The notes beneath the pieces were generated by a model that did not search any database, was not told where the DNA came from, and was given only the letters and a program-made list of their open reading frames with translations. Positions 53,820 through 59,374 of a stretch of 59,374 bases of DNA are shown here, in pieces. The DNA is from a virus. Taxonomy: Duplodnaviria > Caudoviricetes. Numbering within the stretch: position 1 is the stretch's first letter; the number at the start of each line of letters is the position of its first letter. The stretch is taken from the IMG/VR virus record IMGVR_UViG_3300036791_000807, positions 1 to 59,374 of that record; one strand, written 5' to 3'. The position numbers were made by a program, and so were the translations under genes.

Positions 53820-55951
53820 CGAAATCTGCTGCGACCGCCGTACACAAGCTTGAGTTAAGTCAACTCGATCCCAAGTCAATTCAGCAGGAGTTGATGGGAG
53901 ACGATCTTGACCTTGAGAAGCTTGTCGTCTATCTCAAGAGTCAGATCAAGTTTGATGCTGCGGAGCAGGTGATCGACGTTCAGATTCAGAGGTCGATTGA
54001 TCAGTCGTCTACCGTCGTCGTCAGCCTTCATGACTACGAGCGGTCGATACTGAACAGTGGCCTCCTCAACTCTCGTCTCGACATTCAGATTGATGGTCTC
54101 TGGTTCCGGCTCGTCAAGGTCAGTCGGAATGCCGGGTCTTCCCAACTCGATTTGACGTTTGAGGATCGCGAGATTGCTCTGCTACGGAGCTACCCCAAGA
54201 AGGGTGTCGCGCACAATGGTCTGAAGTTTGCACATCGCTCGAAGACTACACGAGCGGAGTTCATCCTGAACCTGATTCGGGAAGTGAAGGAAGTTCATAT
54301 CCCGGTTGTGATCCCGGAACTCCACAAGGTGCTGCCAATCGAGAAGACAACCGACGCGCCTGCGGCAACTCCTGTTAGCGGGCAGGGTGGGATCCCCACT
54401 CATGTGAACCAAGTGACCGAGGCTCATCTCAACCCAAGAATGAATATCCCCGGAGTAGCCGCTCAGTACTTTCTGACCGTCAAGGGTGTCCCGGCTACAA
54501 AGGAACAGATCACCAACGCCAATACCATTATCGCCGTCGGGCAGCAGATGAACGTCCCGCGTAAGCTCCTCGTTTGCGCCATCATGACGGCAACCACGGA
54601 ATCGACACTTCACAATTACTCGGGCGGCGATCTCGATTCCGTCGGTTTGTTTCAACAGCGAGCTAGCTGGGGTTCGTATCGAGACCGTCATGATCCGGCG
54701 ACGTCAGCGAGGATGTTCTTCAACGCTGCGATCAAGACGTACAATGAAGAGCCCAATGCCCCCTTCTGGCAGATCTGTGCCGACACTCAGCATCCGCGTC
54801 AAGACTTGCGTCGTGAATATGACCGCTGGCATGTTGAGGCGGATCGTACCGTGACGGCATCTGGCGATACAACCGATGTTGCCGGCGCCAACCTGATGAA
54901 TCCGACGGCGTTCAGCGGCACGGCAGCAGATTACATTTTCTATCGTGGCATCCCGACATTCCGAGGGAAGATCTGGAAGCGCGAGGACAGCTGGACGTGT
55001 ATCAAGAGGCTGGCCAATGAAGTCAATTGGCGGGCGTTCATGGTGAGCGGGGTGTTCTACCTGATTACTGATCAGGATCTGATCAAGATGCAGCCGATCA
55101 TGATTATCGATGAGACCAGCCCTGGTGTAGAGGGGATTGGTTTCGACTACGACATCGGCAAGAAGATGGCAACGGTCAGTATCAACGCTCACGTTGGTCG
55201 CTGGCTCGCGCCGCCCGGAGCGGTCATCGCCCTGCAGCATATGGGGCCGGTCAACGGTCGCTGGCTCGTTAATGACTTCAGCCGGTCTCTCTTCAATCCG
55301 AGCGCGCAGATCAACTGCAGCAAGCAACAACCGCTGCTTCCGGAACCGGCCACCGAGGCGATCCAAGCCGCCAACATTCCTACTTGGGCAAGTGGTTCAG
55401 GAAAGACCACCGTAACTGACCCGACTGTTGACACCAGTAGTGGACCGCTTGCGAGTGCTGCATCCAATGCTGAAAAGCTCCTTCACGATCCTCACTGGCA
55501 TGATGACAATGGTCAGGGTCGCGGTCAGCTAATGAAAGTTGCTTTAGGATCGCAATTGTTTGGGGCCGTCGGGCCGGTTAACCTCGATCCGCGAGTACCC
55601 GGTGTCATTCTCTGGCTCATCCAAAAGGGATACAGAATTGGAACGTATGCCTGGTGCACCGATCACAGCAATGATGGGCTTCACGGTCATGCCGGAGGAT
55701 TCGCGGTTGACATCTCCTCGATCAACGGCATCTCGATCAACACCGATAGCTTGCAGGCTCGTTCCCTCGTGCTTGAGGTCGGTACTCTGCTCCATAACCT
55801 TCAAGGGCCGCTCCATCCGCGTCAGCTGATCACCGGCGGCTACGGCAACCATGCCGATCTTCAAATCGCAGAGAACACGATCCCCAATCCTGGCTACTAT
55901 GGTGCGACGACGATGTCGGAGCATTGTAACCATATTCATGTAGGGTACTGA
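53816..55951 (+). CDS. baseplate hub with lysozyme-like and Zn-peptidase-like domains
   Basis: TES..DSVGLFQQRASWG; C-terminal H..GFAVDI...HCNHIHVGY. Confidence 0.78.
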   Translation: MTKSAATAVHKLELSQLDPKSIQQELMGDDLDLEKLVVYLKSQIKFDAAEQVIDVQIQRSIDQSSTVVVSLHDYERSILNSGLLNSRLDIQIDGLWFRLVKVSRNAGSSQLDLTFEDREIALLRSYPKKGVAHNGLKFAHRSKTTRAEFILNLIREVKEVHIPVVIPELHKVLPIEKTTDAPAATPVSGQGGIPTHVNQVTEAHLNPRMNIPGVAAQYFLTVKGVPATKEQITNANTIIAVGQQMNVPRKLLVCAIMTATTESTLHNYSGGDLDSVGLFQQRASWGSYRDRHDPATSARMFFNAAIKTYNEEPNAPFWQICADTQHPRQDLRREYDRWHVEADRTVTASGDTTDVAGANLMNPTAFSGTAADYIFYRGIPTFRGKIWKREDSWTCIKRLANEVNWRAFMVSGVFYLITDQDLIKMQPIMIIDETSPGVEGIGFDYDIGKKMATVSINAHVGRWLAPPGAVIALQHMGPVNGRWLVNDFSRSLFNPSAQINCSKQQPLLPEPATEAIQAANIPTWASGSGKTTVTDPTVDTSSGPLASAASNAEKLLHDPHWHDDNGQGRGQLMKVALGSQLFGAVGPVNLDPRVPGVILWLIQKGYRIGTYAWCTDHSNDGLHGHAGGFAVDISSINGISINTDSLQARSLVLEVGTLLHNLQGPLHPRQLITGGYGNHADLQIAENTIPNPGYYGATTMSEHCNHIHVGY

Positions 55952-56220
55952 TGAGCTACGTTACTCAAGACCTACCAGCACCGCCCGCTCTCGGAGATAT
56001 ATGGAGAGGCTTGGTCAACCGCGCTCCGGTAGACTTCGCGGATCGACTCGACATTCGGATCCCGGAGATGAACGACTTGCTCGTCTTTCCTGACTTGAGA
56101 TGGATGCCTCGTGGTAACACAACTCTGCCAAGTGTGGGTGATCATTGTCTTGTCGTCTTTGATAACGACTACGAGCCGTGGGTGATCGCATGGTGGCCCT
56201 TCGATAACCTGGAGACGTGA
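55951..56220 (+). CDS. short baseplate spike OB-fold protein
   Basis: LPSVGDHCLVVFD...PWVI (gpV-like N-terminus). Confidence 0.65.
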   Translation: MSYVTQDLPAPPALGDIWRGLVNRAPVDFADRLDIRIPEMNDLLVFPDLRWMPRGNTTLPSVGDHCLVVFDNDYEPWVIAWWPFDNLET

Positions 56221-56553
56221 ATGAGTACAGTCAATACGCCACACTTCAACTTTCCGTTTACATTGACCTCTGCTGGGGCGCAGGTGGTCGAGCAGGATTC
56301 GGAAGATGACATCACAAACTGTGTGAGGGCCATCCTCAGTACTCCAAAGGGATGGAGAGACGAAGTGCCCGAGTTCGGGATCGACCCTCCCACCTTCTCA
56401 CTACAACCCCTTGGCGCGGAAGAGATCGCTGCTGAAGTGATGATGCAAGAGCCCCGTGCGGATTTGGTTGCGACAGAACATCCGGGTTATTTGGATGAGC
56501 TAGTTGCCGACCTCAATATCATGGTCTCTCCCATCAAGGAGAGTGAAGCATGA
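56221..56553 (+). CDS. baseplate wedge protein (gp25/gpW-like)
   Basis: ILSTPKGWR..PEFG..EPR. Confidence 0.85.
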   Translation: MSTVNTPHFNFPFTLTSAGAQVVEQDSEDDITNCVRAILSTPKGWRDEVPEFGIDPPTFSLQPLGAEEIAAEVMMQEPRADLVATEHPGYLDELVADLNIMVSPIKESEA

Positions 56554-57746
56554 GTTCAACCTTTGGATACGTCGGCTACCCAATCGAGGTCAACCCTACG
56601 GATCTCCTTGACGAGGCGGTCAGTTACATTCAGTCCCTTGCCCCCGCTTGGGTTCCGAATGATGGGAACCTCGATACTTGGATCCTTCAGGTCCTGACGT
56701 CGCAGGATGCCGATCTGCGCATGACAGCATCGGATGTTCCCGACACGATCTTCCGTTACTTCGGGAGCACTCTACTCAACATCATGCCGATTGATGCAAC
56801 TCCGGCTCGTTGCACCTCGACCTGGATTGTCAATGACGCGGCTGGGTACGTCATCCCGGATAGCACATTCGTCACGATTCGGAGTAGTACCGGTGTTGAT
56901 ACACCGTTCCAGACTGATGGCGATACAACCATTCCGCCCGGATCGACACAGACGCAGACCGGGCAAGTTCAACTGGTCGCCGTCAGTCCAGGGGCAGATA
57001 CTTCGGGTCTGGGCTCGATTGGAGGAATCATTGTCCTGCTCGATACACTGGACTATGTCGCCTCCATCACCCAAGAAGAGGTAACGACCGGCGGCGTCGA
57101 TGCGGAGACATCATCCCAGTACAATGATCGGCTTGCTCGTCACCTGCGCCGTCTCTCCACCCGTCCGATCCTGCCCGACGATTTTGCGCTCCTGACCTTT
57201 GACGTATCTCCCGCTGTTGCCCGAGCTATCGCCATTGACCTGTACAATCCGGCTGATAACACGTACAACAATGCAAGGATGGTTACGGTCTCCGCCATTG
57301 ACGAAAACGGAAACAATCTCGACGGCGCGACCAAGACATTGATCCAACAGGCCATTGCTGCGAACCGGGAAGTCAACTTCATCGTCAACATCATGGACCC
57401 GAATCGGACTCAAGTTGACGTGACCTTCACGGCGATCTCTGTTCAGGGGGCCGACCCTGCTGTTGTGCAGGCGGATGCTATCACCGGACTTCAGAATTAC
57501 TTGAGTCCGTCGGTTTGGGGCAGAGATCCGCGTTACTTGGATAACCAGGCTACATGGATTCAGGTAGACAAAGCCTACTACTTTGAGATCGCCGAGGTCA
57601 TCAATACAACTCAGGATCTTGACAGGATTGTGAGCCTGCAGATTGGGCCGCACGGAGGAACGATGGCGACAACCGATGTTCCGCTGGCGACTCCGGCAAC
57701 GTTGGGTATCGCAGGAACGATCACAGGCACGGTGACGTCGTCATGA
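56550..57746 (+). CDS. baseplate J-like protein
   Basis: TGGVDAET...Y.DRL; DF. Confidence 0.85.
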   Translation: MSSTFGYVGYPIEVNPTDLLDEAVSYIQSLAPAWVPNDGNLDTWILQVLTSQDADLRMTASDVPDTIFRYFGSTLLNIMPIDATPARCTSTWIVNDAAGYVIPDSTFVTIRSSTGVDTPFQTDGDTTIPPGSTQTQTGQVQLVAVSPGADTSGLGSIGGIIVLLDTLDYVASITQEEVTTGGVDAETSSQYNDRLARHLRRLSTRPILPDDFALLTFDVSPAVARAIAIDLYNPADNTYNNARMVTVSAIDENGNNLDGATKTLIQQAIAANREVNFIVNIMDPNRTQVDVTFTAISVQGADPAVVQADAITGLQNYLSPSVWGRDPRYLDNQATWIQVDKAYYFEIAEVINTTQDLDRIVSLQIGPHGGTMATTDVPLATPATLGIAGTITGTVTSS

Positions 57747-58435
57747 GCACTCTAAGTCCGTCACTGCAGTTGAGCATTTCCTCGATGGATCCCCATATCG
57801 TCCTGCCCTACCCGGTCGATCCGGTTGCCGAGCGTGTCTACAACATCCTTGCTCCGATGGCCGTCTATGATCCAGCGGCTTCCTACAGCTTGCTCGCGTA
57901 TATTGCGATGCTTGCGTACAATATGGAAGAGGTTGCGAATCTGGCGGAGACGGATACGGATGGCGAGGTCGGCTGGTCTAAGATCATCGACATCACTCGT
58001 TGCCCGGACAAGGCTCTGCCATGGCTGGCGCAGTTCGTCGGTGTCTATCTGCCTCCGGGGATCTCGGCCGATGATCAGCGGCAAAGGATCCAGGCGACCG
58101 ATGGATGGAATCGAGGAACGCCAGCAGCCATCATGGCCGCTCCTGCGCCATTTCTGACCGGGACCAAATCTGTTCTCATGCGTGAACGATTCGATCCGGG
58201 GGCTGGCGCCGATCCATACCATCTTCAGGTTGTCACGAAGACCAGCGAGACTCCAGATACCAGTACGGTACTTGCTGCTCTCATGGCGCAGAAACCAGCC
58301 GGGATCGTTCTCCACTATTCGACGATGGTTGGGCAAGACTTTGAGATTCTCTGGGAGAATCATGCGAGCTTCCAGGCAGTGTTCACGTACTACGCGACCT
58401 TTGAAGGAGTTTACACCGATACGCAAGGAGCGTAA
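57743..58435 (+). CDS. baseplate / tail protein (P2 gpI-like)
   Basis: CPDKALPWLAQFVGV; RGTPAAI; QKPAG. Confidence 0.8.
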   Translation: MSTLSPSLQLSISSMDPHIVLPYPVDPVAERVYNILAPMAVYDPAASYSLLAYIAMLAYNMEEVANLAETDTDGEVGWSKIIDITRCPDKALPWLAQFVGVYLPPGISADDQRQRIQATDGWNRGTPAAIMAAPAPFLTGTKSVLMRERFDPGAGADPYHLQVVTKTSETPDTSTVLAALMAQKPAGIVLHYSTMVGQDFEILWENHASFQAVFTYYATFEGVYTDTQGA

Positions 58436-58440
58436 GGATC

Positions 58441-59343
58441 ATGCCAGACGCACCATCAGCAAGATTCGGGATTGTTGCGCCAGCGGCGGATCGCTCCGAC
58501 CCGGCTGACGTCCCTGTCTATGATCGTAACCTACTTGCGGGGTTGGAATCGCTTGGGGCGATCTACTCGCAGGGGTCGATGGCCTCTCGTCCGATCAGTA
58601 CTCCCGCGAGCCCAGGCAAGCAGGGACGGTTCTACTTCGCGAATGACACCAACATCATGTGGTACGACTATGGGACAGGTTGGGCACAACTGACGAGCAC
58701 GGTCAAAGCGTCAGCTGGAACCATCCCCGGAGAAATCAGGGCCTGGTCGGGATCTGCGGTGCCCGATCAACCTACTTATGGGCACTGGGTCTTTGCCGAT
58801 GGGACGGTCTACCCAGTTGCTACATATCCACTTGCGGCCGCGAACATCGCGAGTCAATGGCGCACCGCCCATGGAGCGGCAGATCCGGGCGCTAGCAACT
58901 TCCGTGTTCCTGACCTTCGCGGGATGAACCTGATGGGGCTTGATCAGATGCCAGGTGGAGTTCGTGCCAATCGCGTCACCCGTCCTTCCGCTATCATCAT
59001 CGCGACGCGCTTCGGAGAGGAGTACCATATCCTCGCGACCGCCGAGATGCCATCTCATGCTCACACCGTGAGTGACCCCGGTCACAATCACGGCGTCAAT
59101 GACCCTGGTCATGCACACGGGTTCCCAGGGCAGACAGTGGTACAGCAGGCCGCTGGTGCGCCAGGTGGCTATGAGAACGGCTTTGTCATGAGTGGCGCTG
59201 CTGGCACGTACGGTGCTGGGACTGGTATCTACCTGGGCGCATCCGGCACTGGTGTCTCAGTTGCTAGCGCAGGTGGCAGTAACCAGCATGAGAATATGCC
59301 GCCGACGGTCGCTATTCCATACATCGTCAAGATGGACGATTAA
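58441..59343 (+). CDS. tail collar-domain fibre protein
   Basis: PGEIRAWSG..W.FADG..FRVPDLRG..GEEYH.L...EMPSH.H..HENMPP..YIVK. Confidence 0.88.
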   Translation: MPDAPSARFGIVAPAADRSDPADVPVYDRNLLAGLESLGAIYSQGSMASRPISTPASPGKQGRFYFANDTNIMWYDYGTGWAQLTSTVKASAGTIPGEIRAWSGSAVPDQPTYGHWVFADGTVYPVATYPLAAANIASQWRTAHGAADPGASNFRVPDLRGMNLMGLDQMPGGVRANRVTRPSAIIIATRFGEEYHILATAEMPSHAHTVSDPGHNHGVNDPGHAHGFPGQTVVQQAAGAPGGYENGFVMSGAAGTYGAGTGIYLGASGTGVSVASAGGSNQHENMPPTVAIPYIVKMDD

Positions 59344-59374
59344 TGTCTCAGCATCTCGTCATCGATCCTGCTAC
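59248..59374. repeat. 127-bp terminal direct repeat, right copy
   Basis: Identical to 1-127. Confidence 0.95.

Overview
This window is a complete, circularly assembled tailed dsDNA phage genome. Bases 1-127 equal bases 59248-59374, so the unit length is about 59,247 bp. The tail sheath, tube and baseplate genes indicate a contractile (myovirus-type) tail. An actinobacterial host is inferred from the high GC, an Rpf-like transglycosylase and a GLFQQ-type tail lysozyme. No integrase, tRNA, CRISPR array or reverse transcriptase was seen. The + strand (35.9 kb to the end, continuing through 1-4.3 kb) carries packaging, head, tail, fibre and lysis genes. The - strand (33.3 to 4.3 kb) carries many small early genes, then an SNF2 helicase, nuclease, AAA ATPase, SSB, a DnaG-primase/MCM-helicase fusion, DnaE, and a candidate nucleotide-modification set (flavoprotein, HAD phosphatase, DUF1599-like protein, degenerate ThyX). 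The four most unusual observations are: (1) a 743-bp lone transcription unit almost free of CA/TG dinucleotides, lying between TG-rich and CA-rich tracts near the probable genome end; (2) 14 copies of a covarying, two-state RNA stem that begins on the upstream stop codon and ends in a shared GGAGGGUACC ribosome-binding signature; (3) the candidate base-modification pathway; (4) a probable second programmed -1 frameshift, in an HTH/histone-like gene that is a paralog of the gene in the CA/TG-free island. All family assignments are by eye from motifs; no database search was run.
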